A DNA stretch of 64,000 bases, taken from Trichoplax sp. H2. Taxonomy: Eukaryota. The stretch is from assembly GCA_003344405.1 (NCBI GenBank), contig NOWV01000115.1:124001-188000 (forward strand). Direction: 5' to 3'. The translations under genes were made by a program, and so were the position numbers. Below, in pieces: positions 26,789-40,847 of the stretch (within the stretch, counting starts at the first letter, position 1; every line of letters starts with the position of its first letter). Below the pieces are notes generated by a model. It was not told the DNA's origin. It made no database searches and was given only the letters and a program-made list of their open reading frames with translations.

Positions 26789-28009
26789 TACTGTAGGAAA
26801 TTGTTTGATTTTGGCGATTACTACGGTAACGGAGTTCAGTTTCGACCGAAAATGAATATTTTTTCACTATCAAGTTATTAACAAAGTGTGATTCGATAGA
26901 ATTTTACAATACGGATAAATTATTTAATAGTTCAATACTAGCGATTATATCTACTGGTGTACACGTGTAAGCTTATGGACGTAAATTATTTTAAACTAAG
27001 CTTTATTTTTAGTGACAATTATAAATGACTGCTCTATAAATTTTTGTATTATTAGCTGACGCAGTTCTCTTAAAACCAAGTTACAAAGATCGTAAACAGC
27101 GCAAATATACCAAGCTGGCTTTATTTCAGATGGGCTTCGAAATCTTTTCAATTGAATTTGCACTATCTCTAAATAGTCTCTGTACGCTCGTATATAATTT
27201 ATACCAAATAAGTGACAGTTATTTAAAGTTATTTTGTTTTTATCATGGTTTTTTAACGCCCTACAGTGGAGTTTGATCTGTTTCAGGTGCATATGCGTAT
27301 GCATGCTATTCTGCTGACGCATTTTGATACTTATTCTCTGCCGTAAAGTTGTTAAAAATTAAATCAGATGTATCTCGCATTATTAAGGTATTTTATCGTC
27401 TAGACGATTGTTCCTATTCTATGATGAGAAAAATGAGATGAATGTAAAAATTTGTTGTTCTCCTGTCCATGCAATGATACGATCGATGCCTGCTGTAGCC
27501 TGTATTGCTACGTACTTATTTATCGTGTTGCAGGCAAAGTAGGATGCATTGCCACATGAATAAATCGTCCAGTGTCTGTAACTTTCTATAGCCCTTGTAA
27601 TTGCTACCTATATCTGGAGTTGTAGGTACACTGTCACGACTCATCGACCTCCCCAGCTTAACAAAAAGTTAGTTGATTCAATTTTGGTGAAGTTGGGTGG
27701 TTATCTGGTTGAGCAGTCCTTGGTGCTGTAATGGCGATGTACCTGTAAATCAATAAATCATCCAGTATACTGTAGCTATCGAGGAACTAACTAATTGATC
27801 GAGGCAAACCTACTGCAGTGTTGACATTTTCCACTGTTTACTTTGCAGTTTGCAAACCTAATTTAGCATGACGTAATATTGCATGACCTTATATGGAGAA
27901 TCCTTCAGAATTTACTTTTGTTCATCTCTAGGCAGAGTCATATCGGTTGATAAGTTGATTTGTATAGACTTCAGTAGATAGATTGTGTAATACAGTCTAG
28001 TACGATAGA

Positions 28010-28636
28010 TTTTCAACCAATGTACGATACTTGGTGCATAGTAAAAATGTACTAAGTAGTTGCATCTAAAGCAAATTGAGAGTTCTAAGTGCTTTCTTTT
28101 CTCCATTTCTGAGGGAGAAATAGAATAGAAGAAAGGTAAGAGCATAGACTGCAATCATGATCATGTTGAAAAAACACCTCTGTAGGTAGGAAAATGCAAA
28201 TCTACCGAAGTCGGGGGCCTATTTGCTCAACCAATGTATTGTAGTTTGTGCATTGTAAAAGCGTTATACTAGTTGCATCTACAGCAGCTTGAGAGTTATA
28301 AATGCTTTTGAGGGAGAAATAGAATGGAAGAAGGGTAAGAGCATAGACTGCAATCGTGATGATGTTGAAAAAACACCTCTGTAGGTAGGAAAATGCAAAT
28401 CTACCGAAGTCGGGGCCCATTTGCTCAACCAATGTATTGTAGTTTGTGCATTGTAAAAGCGTTATACTAGTTGCATCTACAGCAGCTTGAGAGCTATAAA
28501 TGCTTTCTTTTCTCCATTTCTGAGGGAGAAATAGAATAGAAGAAGGGTAAGAGCATAGACTGCAATCATGATGATGATGAAAAAACACCTCTGTAGGTCG
28601 GAAAATGCAAATCTACCGAAGTAGGGGGCCCATTTG
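28010..28636. repeat. Tandem repeat of ~200-212 bp, ~3 copies, upstream of the FAM234-like gene
   Basis: 'gaaaatgcaaatctaccgaagt' recurs near 28190, 28390 and 28601; 'ggtaagagcatagactgcaatc' occurs three times. Confidence 0.93.
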
Positions 28637-28833
28637 CGTAATAGAGTTAGGGATAGGATTGATGACGCCCGCTTGAAAGCCCCTTCTGTTCGCACCTACT
28701 CATGCGCAGAATGATGAATGAATCAGCAGACTATATAAATACCAGTGTTGACTGATGTATTGATTTAAAATCTTTTTTTTTTATTGCCTTGCACGAAGGA
28801 AAATCAAGATCCAGTTTATTCTTAGCAAGGAAG

Positions 28834-31443
28834 ATGTTAAGCTTATCCCCATCGATCGAAGTTGTAAAAGTAGTAGCACCAGTAGAAAGTCATGCAGCTC
28901 CACAAGTTGATCTTGGTATAACAAAGGATAATAAAATGGAAGATACTGAATCAACTCCTAGTCCTAGCAAGAAAGTCAGAAAGCCGTTGGACAATAAATC
29001 GAGAGCATTATTTAATTTATCCATTTTATTTGCTGCTGCAGCGATCATTGTCTTCATATTTGCTATACCATGTCCACCAGCTAGTGATCGCAGGATATGG
29101 TCTACAAGTATTCATAATTATTCCATCGATTCACCTATTCAACTTTTGCTAACGAACCAAAGTCAAGACTATGTTATTCTGATGACTGCTAGTCTGAACC
29201 ACACTTCGATCCTATCTGACCAAGGTCCTCACCAACAATTGCTAGCATTGAATAGTTCCAACGGACACCAGTTATGGAAATTGGATTTAAACGGCAGCGT
29301 GACACTGTTATTCTGTCCTGAAGGCCATTTACCTCCTACAGATCGAGGTTATCCATTCGATTGCTTAATAGCGACGTCTACAGGCGATATTCTTGCTATT
29401 GAAACGTCGTCGTTAACGGTACTATGGAATCGACGCATCCACGATGTTAGCCATGCTGATTATTGCAACTCTGCAGCTATCATACCTGATGTAGATCAAG
29501 ATTCTTTTCAAGACATTATGTTAGCTTGTAATACGTATGAGAATTCGATGTTGAGTAGGTATTGGTTATTCTTATCGGCAACGATGGGAAGTGTTATAAA
29601 TAGATCAGTTGCGGTCAAAGACGAACAATTTATCGCCGATTCCCTCATTATCGATCACCGATATAACAATCAAGCCGTTATTTATTTCAGTGTCTTTCTT
29701 CGCAATATGTCTAGTCGAGTTTCCTATATGAACGTTAGAGATTTATCCCGTATCCATACTGCTACAGGCAGCAATGATATGAGCACTCAGTTCTTAATTC
29801 AAGGTGGAATGATGAAATGGCCTTCGATTCTCGTCGATCTCGATGGCGATGGCCAGAAAGATATTATAACAACTTTCACTAATGGCACAATTATTGCCAC
29901 GCTTGGTGCAACAATGGCTCGATATTGGGTTGTTCACCTCCGTCACTCAAGTATTGTCAAGTAAGTCGAAATCAGGAGGATTTTAATTGATAGTGTAGAA
30001 ATTGAGACGATTATCTCAAGACTTTAGTATCCAATTTGATCAATGACCAAATTCGTCATTTTCAGCTATTAATTATAGAATTAATTATTGACCATTTACT
30101 CGAAAGCACTTTCGATACTGTAGCAAGAGCAAGTCGGTAGCATACGATAGTTTCAATTGTCCAAGACTCTTCGCACTATATTTCACAAGATATTTAGTGG
30201 GTAGATTTCTCTCTGCATTTTTTGTCTGTAGAGTGGCTAAGCTTCTATTCCATCTAAATTGAATATCTGAGCTATACCATTTACTATAACACAAAGAAGT
30301 AATGGTCAATTTTGTTATCCTATTTTTCTCCAATGTAAATGAAAGTTGAGCGTCTATCTTCTCTATATTATTTATCTATATTACATCATTGTTGCGCCCG
30401 CTCTTGAAAACAGAGAAGTGTATTTATTATGCCTTAAAAATATTTTTTTATAATCAAAACAAATTTCTTGATTACTGAAAAAATTTTTATGATCATGGTC
30501 AATTAAGGCTCGACTAATGCCCAAATTTTACAAATCAGCTCATTATTTAGCCAGTAAATTTGTAGAAATTCATTTTTGAAGTGAAATTAATTGTAAGGCT
30601 AGTGCCATTTTGGTAGCTAAATTAATGATGTTATTTCGTTGGTGTTTTTAGTCTTCCAGCTCCAGGCGATTTCAACAACGACATCTATCCGGATATTATG
30701 ATTAACTTCAAGGTCATTAATCAAGATTTGAATGACTATGTCATCATTAATGGCTACAATGGTAAAATTTTATCTGCGGGTGGCGATGAAACGCAATCCC
30801 AGTTAAATTACATGCCAAGTAACATCATTTCCGTTGCTACATCCAATGAAAGTAGTGATGTATTTATTTACCCAGTAATGTTTTCAGGTATTTATCTAAA
30901 TGAAAATGTTTATCATAACAAGTTTTATTTAACAAACTGCAATCATTGATTGAGCGTATTTTGGATTTTTACGTTAGATAATATAAAAATATCTAAAAGA
31001 AATACTTGCTTCCCTATTTAGGCAACACAAGTTGCAAAGCCTACTCCGACAATTCGACATGCAGTCAGGCACTGTTGTTGGGTGCTCATAATTTGCAAAA
31101 TAATTCGCATTCACCCCTGCTACTGGATACTGTTTTACCTCCTCAAGGAGATGTTATTGAAATGCAATATTCATCAACCGCTGCTGGTTTTGATAAGATT
31201 ACCAATCACTTTTGGATTATAAGCACAATGTCATGGAAAGTTTCTAATGGAATGATGGATAGTTACGTCTTAAGTATATCGAAATCTTCCTTAGATGGCA
31301 ATTTTAAGTGTGTGACATCCGATAGTAATTTTGTAGTACCCTCTTGTAGTGTTTCGCTTCAAGTCAATTTTCTAAATGTAACTTCTCAACCTTGGCTATC
31401 CTACATGGGTACTGCTGGTAATGGAATTTATACGCCATACTAG
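28834..31443 (+). CDS. FAM234 (ITFG3)-like type II membrane protein with FG-GAP/beta-propeller repeats; exons ~28834-29960, 30652-30887, 31022-31443
   Basis: Single TM segment (LSILFAAAAIIVFIFAIPC) followed by PQQ-like 'LLALNSSNGHQLW' and Ca-loop motifs DVDQDSFQD, DLDGDGQKD and, across the splice junction, 'NLPAPGDFNNDIYPD'. C-terminal 'QPWLSYMGTAGNG'. Confidence 0.8.
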
Positions 31444-33256
31444 TAATTACTGTTTGACATTCTCCTTTGCAAGATATAACTAGAACGCAATAATTGATTA
31501 CATTACTACTGAATTTGATTTGACAACTACTAGATGTAATATCATGCCGCCGTTAACATATTCTGAAGCTGTTTCGGAGCAATGACTGCTCGTCTATGTA
31601 ACAGAATAGGTCGCTGTGTGATGTTGTGTAACAATAATATATTATTTATTTATCAATTTTATATCATTATTGCAGCAGGGATTACGACCATGACATTGAA
31701 TGTAACCCCCTGTAAAGTTTTATTGAATTGATTGATTTTAAGTATATGACTCATCGCACCATAATCATTTTAACTCAAGAAGCGTAGCTTCCATCCTGTT
31801 CTCGATTAAATAGGACTTGAATATTATTAAAGAAATAAATATACGTGTAAATGTTTATGTACTGTGTTGCGTACGAATCTCCATTTCAAAAATTTTAAAG
31901 TAGACTTTTCTTCTAATTTCAATTGATACTGTATCAACTACAAAGATTAGAAAAGTAGCTACCATACTAAATTAAAGTTACTTTTAGGAATGATTACAAT
32001 CATATTACTGGAGTATTTTCACTTCACTGGACAGATTGACGTCACGATACCGTATAAATTAAAGGGTGAAAATTAGGCGGACTTGCGTCTATTGGCAATA
32101 GAAGAATTCGTTCATTCCTCTATAACATCTATCTGACATGAAAGTGAATGGATGGCACTTTGATTCATTCAATCGATCGTATACATTCGTTGTGGTAATG
32201 TTATCGCTGATCATGCAGCAATGAGAAACGAACTGGCCTGGAGGATCGGAAGAGAAATACTGCAAATTTTATACCCTACGTTGTTTCAATTTTGCAAATA
32301 AACTACGATGATGTTGGGATAAAATTAGAATTGTTTACAGTTGAGATTGCAGCAGGAAAGAAATCCATTGGGTAGTTTTGACGTCATGATTATCTGTTGA
32401 CATTCACTTCTATCGTTAACTACAGGAAGAGGGGGGCAGATGATTGAACTGTAATCGGAGTTGTCAAGGATATCCATACCTTGAACTACGTTAACCCGCA
32501 AAATCAGTTTGAAATAAACTACTGTATGACATTTCGGTCTTGAGACCAGGTACTGTAGCGTTCCATTGGTTATTAAATTAAAATGAACTGTATATTGCTG
32601 CCACAATCTTTGAGTACGCCATTGTAAGACGATAGTTTGGGTATTTATGTATAGAAATAAGGCGTTTGGAATAATTGCAGCCTAAAAATCAGCTGCTCAG
32701 AATCCATTCATATAAATCCTAATTTCTTATTGAAGAAAAAGTTTTGAGTCGGGTTTCTTCCTTCTTTTTGGAAAATTAATTTGCAACGTTCTTGTCAGTA
32801 CTGTCCATGTGAAGACAGCAAAGCATGTCACAAGAATATTTATTTCCAGTTCCCTCCCTCGCCCTGTACTAAATAAAAAGAATGGACTGCATTAATCAAG
32901 AAGGATCACCTGACACAAGCATATCAGTGTCTAGTAATAGAATGAAGTTTTGCAACTTTTTTGTATTGACTTGAGCTAGGGGATCCTTGCAATACTGGTA
33001 GACCACCAAGTCATTCATTAATCATGCATTTACCCACTGTTATTTGAAATGAAAACGCGAACTGCCATGTTTGTATGCCAGTCAAAAGGAAAAGTGTCGT
33101 TATTAAGGGAGAACCATGTAGGCATGAAATAGTCAAGACTTGTGGTATTTTCTAGTTTATCAAAAAGAATTACGATTGGGTATAATTTTATGAAAATGCT
33201 ATAACGAGATGGCGTCGAATGGATTTCTTTTCAAAGATGTTGAAAAATGATGCCAA

Positions 33257-33355
33257 TGCCCCAGGAGAGGATCGAACTCTCGACCTTTGCATGTCTATGG
33301 CGCCTTCAATACTGCCATATAAGTACAACGCGCTAACCTACTGTGCCACTGGGGC
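33257..33355 (-). tRNA. tRNA-Ile(UAU) with 25-nt intron (33293-33317)
   Basis: Minus strand reads GCCCCAG TGGCACAGTAGGTTAGCGCG TTGTA CTTATA [TGGCAGTATTGAAGGCGCCATAGAC] ATGCAA AGGTC GAGAG TTCGATC CTCTC CTGGGGC A. Complete cloverleaf with the intron at the canonical 37/38 position. Confidence 0.96.
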
Positions 33356-33437
33356 ATTACGTTCATCGAAAGTAAAATTTCATTATTTGAATGGATAAAG
33401 ACTTGTATTTGCATAGATGCATAAATTATATTATAAA

Positions 33438-34665
33438 TTGTACAGTACAGTACTGTACTGTATTGATGTACAGTACTGTACAGTTACTGTAAAATAGTAC
33501 TGTACACTGAGTGTACAGTATATTGAGTATGTTGGTGGTCAATTAAAGTAATACTGTGCTCTATAAACCAAATTCTATCGTTCACGTTGAGCGATATTTC
33601 ATTCCATTGATTTCTTGCTAGAACGAACTTTTCATTATTTAGACCTTTCTCAATCTTTGCATGTCCAATTTTACACGAGTTTTAATCAATTCGCGTGTAT
33701 TATTCATTTTATTTTAGTTCATCTTATCGTCCTGATCGTTGGTTCCATGAGTAGAGTACAGTATAATAATAGAAATTGACAGGAGCGTGTACTGCAACTA
33801 CTGTACTGTACTGTACTGTGTGCAATACTGTATACAGTCTTGCTACAGTGTACAGTAGGATACTGTGTACAGTACTTGTTACCGTGCCAGCCATTCAGTA
33901 CTGTACGGCTTTGTCTACTGTATGTGGCTATAGCCACCATGCCAACACCAAGACGGTGCACAGGTGCGGTGTTGTATCGTGCTACCGTTCCATGTAAAAA
34001 TAAGCATTTCTACAGCACTGTACAGTACAGTACAGTACAGTCTTGCTACAGTGTACAGTACAGTAGGATCGAATACATTTCTACACAGCACTGTAGCGCA
34101 CTGTACAGTCTTGCTACAGTAGGATCTACAGTAGCACAGTACTGTACTGTACAGTATACAGTACTGTAGTATTTACTGTAGTCTGGTTACAGTGTACAGT
34201 ACTGTACTACAGTAGACTGTACTGTACTACTGTAGACTGTACACTAGACTGTGTGTACTGTACTGTACTGTACAGTATTATACTCAGTAGAGATCATAAA
34301 GGGATTCAACCGAGCCGAACCGGACCGGACCAAACTCAGGCCAACTGTAGTCTGGTTACAATGTACAGTACTGTACTGTACTAGACTGTACTACTATAGA
34401 CTGTACTGTAGACTGTACTGTACACGAGACTGTGTGTACTGTACTGTATTATACTCAGTAGAGATCATAAAGGGATTCAACCGAGCCAAACCGGACCGGA
34501 CCAAACTCAGGCCAACTGTATACTGTACACTGTACAGTACAGTACAGTCTTGCTACAGTGTACAGTAAGAACTAGTACAGTACTTAGTACCGTACTAGCC
34601 CTTCTGTACTGTACGGCTTTGTCTACGCCAGCAGCAAAACGGTGCACAGGTGCGTTGTTGTATCA
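33438..34665. repeat. (TACAG)n/(CTGTA)n mixed-orientation low-complexity block with embedded duplicated modules
   Basis: Dense TACAG/CTGTA/GTAC pentamers in both orientations. Duplicated 'tatactcagtagagatcataaagggattcaaccgagcc.aaccggaccggaccaaactcaggccaactgta' (~34280, ~34450) and 'ctgtacggctttgtctac...acggtgcacaggtgcg.tgttgtatc' (~33900, ~34610). Confidence 0.9.
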
Positions 34666-34917
34666 GCTCTGACTCACTGCTAAATCAGTGCAATACAGGA
34701 ACAGTATGAGCTTGATGTGTTATCCCCAAACACGATACTCCTTTCACTATGGCATTTCAAGCGTCCAAAATTGCAACTCCGATCCATCGCTTAGGTATCT
34801 CTGCCCACCAAGATGGCAATGGATAACATCCATCCAATGGCTTGCATAGGATGAATGAATCCATTCAACATCCACTCCATGTAGGGTAGTCTAATTAAGT
34901 TAGTCAGTGAGAGAAAG

Positions 34918-37900
34918 ATGAGTTGGTTTTCTACTAGTTCGTTGGATTTTGCCAAGAGTGCCTTTGTTAAGGCACAACAACAAATCGATCGCGTGTTAGA
35001 TATTCAAGATGAAGACTCCACTGGCAATGTCAAGTCGAGTTCTTCCGGCCATCAAAGTAGCAAAATAATAGGTATGCTTTCAAGTCCAGTGGTTATTCAT
35101 GGTGATTTTAGGCTATAGCGACAGAGGCTATGTTTTAAATAGTACAAATGATGTAGCCCATAAATGAATGAATGCTTATTGTTGGTTCTGATCATAGGCC
35201 ATGATGTCCGTCATGATCGCAAAAGTCAACATCAAACCAATAAAACTTCCAAGCCAACGTTAACACCATCCACTTCAAGTAGTAAGATCGCCTTGGATCC
35301 AAGTGATATCAATAAACAACGACTGGGTGATGATAATTCATTATGGGATACATATTTAAATGAAGGGACAGACGATTCTGCACCTTCTACTCCATTGCAT
35401 AAGTTGGTGGCTAAACCAGCGACAATATCCAACAAATCACCCACTTCTTCTGGGCAAAAGCCATCAACAGGTAAACCAACAATCAGTAAGGAAAAGAAAG
35501 AGGCGAGTAAACGTGGTGGTGTAAAAGCCCAGGGACAACGGACAATAACTAGTCCAACCAAACGACCAACTAAAACCGGTCATCAGCTTACCCATAAACG
35601 TAATCATTCTAGTAGTAGCATAGATGGAAAGGACAGCGATAGTGCTCAACCGCTTGCCAACAAACAAGTGGATGAAACAACAGAAATCGAAGCAATAGCG
35701 ATCACAGAAAGCGTCCAAGAAAGTCTTCAACAAAAAGATCAACCTCCAATCGATCATAGTCTATTGCCATTGGATACGACTGCTCAGCCATTCGACCATA
35801 GTCACAAAGTAGATCATCCATTCGATCATAGTCAAAAAGTACAGGAGAGTGTTGTACATCATCCAACCAATTTACAATCACTTCAAAGCGATACTGATGA
35901 TGACAAGATTGAGCCAAGTCAAGGCAACATTGCAAGCATAGAATCCATCAACACCAATGTCAATGAAATGAAACAAGTTCATTTAGATACGGAAGAACGA
36001 GCGTTATCGTCACTTCCAGATCAACAATTCCATATTCAAGATAGTAATGAGTTGCTACCTCCAACAACTTCAGATACAACAACAGAGAACGACAAGGTGG
36101 ATCAATCCCATTCCAGTCATTGCTCTCAAGAGAAGAATACAATTGAGCATCATTCAGACGATGATCATCAAATGGATGATGCAAGCAATGATACCCATGA
36201 ATTGGAATCAGGTTCTGCTTGATTGATTGAAATAGAACTTTTTATTTGCATAACTACTATTAAATTGATAGGTTTAGCTTGTTAAAGAATATTTCAATAC
36301 CAGTACTACACCAAATGGAATACTAATGTTGATGTATCATATTCATTCGCCAAGATATTGGACAATATAGCAATCAACAAGATGCATCGGAATTGAATCA
36401 GTCATCCGGAAGCAGCACTTTATCACAACCGACAAATAGTAAATTAACTCAAAGCCTTAGTCAAGGCGATAATCAATCCAACGATAGTGCTGAAAGCTGT
36501 AAAGTTAATCATAATGTAGATGTTAGTGAAATTTCCCAGCAAGAAACGATACCTCAAATAACTGAGAATAGTCAATCACCAATCCCACTAGAGAAATATG
36601 TAGAGAAAGTAGAAAAATTGCAAAAGGTAAATGATGCATCATTTGCTTGATTGTCTCTGTTTTGAAATAGTTGAATACCTCTTCGCATTGTTTTGGGATA
36701 ACTATTTTAAGCTTTTATCTTATAGCAATTAGATCATTACTATCAGCTAATTGAAGCAAGAGAAACTAAAATTGTTGTATTAAGTAAGACTAATCATGAC
36801 CTTGACGAAGCCAATGTCATCTTAAGAAGGTTAACCACAACTATGTTGAATTTGTATTTCTCCTTCTTTTTGTATAGTAAAGATTTATGACTACGTTATT
36901 AATTGAATAGAACATCACCTTATGGATGATACCAAATGAGATAGTGAGTTAAAGGTGCTCGTTTGTAATCAAGTATCAAATTACTGTTTGTAACTTAGGC
37001 AACTTGAACAGGCTGAAATTATGAGAAAAGCAGACGACGACGAAGTTGAGAAATTGACACGAGAATTTACAAATAGAATTTCAACATCTGAAGGCAAATT
37101 AAAGGACGTTATACGGGTTAGAGATTGAATAATACTTGATATAAGTAATACGCGCATATACTCGTGTATAGATACATAATTGAATGAGGAATATTGATTT
37201 ATTCTAGGATCGAGATTTGTTTAAGAAGAAAGTGGCAGAATTGGAAGAAGTTCTTGCTACACAGTAAATTAAAATAATTTTCTTATTTTTTCGTCACCTT
37301 GCATTATTCTTTCTTCGTTATCAGGCCAATGAAAACTTTCATACATCTTATCCCTAGGTTAGAAAGTCATTCAACTATTTTAGAAGAAAAAGAAAATGAA
37401 GTAAGAGAATTGCGAAATGAAGGTACAATAGTGGGAAATTCTTTCATGTTGGATATCACTTAATGTCTATATGAAATGTGTTGTAACGTTTAAAAATAAG
37501 TTAACATACTCGTATTTGCTAAAAATTATAGGGGAACGACTATCTAAGCAGCAGCTACAAAGTAATAATATTATTAAAAAATTAAGAGCCAAGGAAAAGG
37601 AATCTGACTCTGCTCTAATATCATCAAGGTATTTAATTGACAGCGTCACTAACTATAAGGTAGATTTAGGACTTATTTTCATCGTTTGTGCATTCTTTGA
37701 ATTAAAACATAGAGAAAATGTTGCGACGTTGCAGTCTGAATGTGAAAAGTTACGCGAATCTCTTAAACAAAAAGATCAGAAGGAAGCCAAATTACAAGGT
37801 ACCATTTGAGTGATTTAAAAATCTATTACAGTGATAGCTATGACTAGTTACGCTACAGTAATTGGTTGGTCGTCTATTCACACTTTTGTATAATTCTAAC

Positions 37901-40847
37901 AAAAATAAAGAACAATACGATACCTTGAATGAAATGATTTCTCGCCAAGAAAAGAAGTCGATATCTCAGAAGGTAACATAAAGCTTAAGAACTTTTTATG
38001 TTTCATCATACTACGTTACTTATGCAATCTGGAAATAAGTGCAATTATGTTTAAACATTGGAATACTATAGCAAGAATTAGATAATGCTTTGGAGAAAGC
38101 TAGAAGTTTACAATCGGCTCTCGATAAATCCTATGTGTGCGTAAATTGTTATTTTAAACTGAAACTATATTGTACAATATTTGAATAACATCCTTCAAGA
38201 TATGCTTTTAATGATAATAATTAAATATTAATTGTAACTTAATAAATTTGACGATACTCTAGTGAATTAGCTGAGTTGCATAAAGAAAGTGCCCATAAAC
38301 AAAGTCAAGCGAAGGAAATTGCTCTTAGTGCTGAGGTTCTAGCAAAGGAAGAGTTAAGAATGACAATAGATCGTGAAAAGCGTAAAGCTACTGAAGAACA
38401 AGAGAGATTAGCTATGCAGGTTAGAGAAATTCTAGCGGATAAGAGAATATTTCATTTCTTCATGTTTATTGATGGATGTGATAGTAAATTATTGGTTATA
38501 CCATTTTGCACATACTGAAATGCAAACAGATCAAAGATCTTCAGTCTGCTATAAGTAGAAGTGAACAACAAACAACCTGGACAGAAGAAACTTTGCGCAG
38601 GGAAATTAGTGACATGCAAATGGTAAGTGGATGCTTTGTAATCAACCTAATGTATAATAATTAATTACAAGAACGACTTGAAAATTTTATATACTGCACT
38701 AAATAACAATTTCTATTTTATTGTGATAAATAATATTATCAAACAGAGATTGCAAGCAGCAGAATCTAGAAATCAGGATTTATCTCAAAGTATTTCACAA
38801 GGTATTACAGCGATAATGCACGTAAATTAAGAAATATCTACGTAACTTAAACTTTCCACTTTAGTTTCAAATATCAGTTCAATTGACTAATAGGTTATTA
38901 AATTATACTTCCTCCTTTAATAATTCAGCCACCCAGCCTTTACTTCGCCAAATAAATAATTTGCAAAACTCTCATAAATCTCAGCTGGCGTCTTGGGAAG
39001 CCGTTGAAAGAAATTTAACTGAGAGATTAAGTCAGTCATTATAAAAGGAATTGAAAATGTTGCACGTAAAACAGACCGCTTCATAGCTAATTGAATGGAT
39101 GTATCATTTTTTGATCTATAGATGAAACTAATCAGCAGTTAATGCTTGCGTCTGAAAAAGAACAAGTAGCAACAACGACGTCCATGGAATCTATCTCTAA
39201 ATTGGCCAATTATGAAGCTCAAATTAAAGCCCAAAAGAAGCAAATAACAACGTTAAAATCTGAATTGCAAGCTGAAAAGCTCCGCTATCAAGATTTAGAC
39301 GATAACATGAAACGGTACTATTAATTTGTTATTTATCATTCGTCGTGACTAATAACAATTAATGGAATAATTTATTCACGATAAATAATTACACAAATGA
39401 TAGGCAAAAATCTAAAGCTGACGAAGTTAAAGCTAGTCTATTTCGTGACCTTCGAAATCTACGAAATGATAAGGTAATATTGTAGATATCATTATTTTCT
39501 AGTTATCTAGTGTCTAGTTGTTATGGTAATAAAAAATGAATTAGAAAAAGACCTATTCGGAATTTATACAATTACATTTTTAAATGTAGGACTTAAGTGA
39601 GACACAAATGCAAAATGAAATTAGTAATCTGGAGCAAGAATTAAAAAAGACAACAGAGTTACTGAATATATCACAAGAAAAGGTAGTTTTATTATCTGGA
39701 TATTGATTTAATGAGTACACTAGTACTAAAAATATACCTCGCCGGCAAGTATTGCGACGGTATTATATTGATATAATTATTAAACTATTTTGGAATAGCT
39801 AGCGATTTCTTTTGCCAGTTGTAAATATCATAAGAGATTGTTTATTGGTGATGCTTGTAGCTTAAATTTCGCGAACATAGTAGAACTGATAGCTGGTCAA
39901 GTTCCACAGGGAATGCGAATGCGATTTCAGATGTACCTGCATCATCATCGTTGACTCAGGTATTAACTAATGTAGATTATCGCGCTGTGAATGATATCGC
40001 TTTCTAAAATTTGAAGTTATCCTACAAAAGATTAATTCATTGGATTTGCAGAGTGAACTACTGGAACAGTCCCTACGTTCACACTCTGTAGCATCAACAC
40101 CTACTGCAGGGGGAGAATTTTTCCGGCGGGCAACACCTTCAACTATCATGGAAGTTTTACAAGCCCAACTTAAACAAAAGGAAGGAGAAGTTTCTATATT
40201 ACAGGTACACTTTATGAACCAAGTGTAGAATACTCTATGCAATAAAATTTTCCATATCCCTTTTAATTGTTTTGTATCATATTGAAGTGATATTTCTGAA
40301 TATGAAGTAATTGATGTTATACCAGGAAGAAGTATCGACATTAAAGCAGTCTAGATCTTCAATTGCGGAAGACGTGCTGCATTTAAATATGGAAATTGAA
40401 AGTCTACAAGACGAAGCCGAAGCTGTTAATGAATGGAAAGCATCATATAAGGTAATATAACCTTACGTTACGTTACTATCAAGTTATTAAGCTTAAGATG
40501 TAACACTTCATTTTGTCGTCGATTTTCATTCAAGATGTCTGATGAGCGGTAGAGTCATTTCATCTTACGTGTACTAACATATCTTTCAGGAACTCCAAAC
40601 TCGGTATAATGCAATGCTTCAGATGTATGGAGAAAAAGCTGAAGAAGCTCAAGAATTACGTTTAGATTTAGAAGATGTTAAAATGATGTATCGAACTCAG
40701 GTATTGTACTGTATGTTATATGTATACGTTTTCTCGGACATTAAATAATGAAGAAGATTGAAGTAATTGTTAGCGCCATTATTTTTGTAAGAATTTTTAT
40801 ATTTACAATTTCTACAGATTGATCAGTTGCTAAAACAATCTAAATAA
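34918..40847 (+). CDS. TMF1: TATA element modulatory factor 1 (golgin TMF1/ARA160), about 20+ exons
   Basis: N-terminus 'MSWFSTSSLDFAKSAFVKAQQQIDRVLDIQDED'; coiled-coil exons including 'EGERLSKQQLQSNNIIKKLRAKEKE' and 'ATQPLLRQI'; C-terminus 'RYNAMLQMYGEKAEEAQELRLDLEDVKMMYRTQ|IDQLLKQSK*'. Confidence 0.95.

Noticed and set aside
27400..28000. Possible small minus-strand spliced transcript divergent from the FAM234-like gene
   Set aside because: Splice-like sites are present but no coherent ORF could be assembled.
28202..28695. Minus-strand ORFs with duplicated peptide 'SQAAVDATSITLLQCTNYNTLVEQ'
   Set aside because: Translation of the ~200-bp tandem repeat.
32090..32900. Cys-rich minus-strand peptide fragments between the FAM234-like gene and the tRNA
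   Set aside because: Frames are interrupted by stops; no consistent exon chain or recognisable family.
33719..34568. Overlapping ORFs rich in TVLYC/STVQY
   Set aside because: These are translations of the TACAG/CTGTA pentamer repeat, not genes.
35232..36184. Several minus-strand ORFs
   Set aside because: Antisense shadows of the long low-complexity TMF1 exon.
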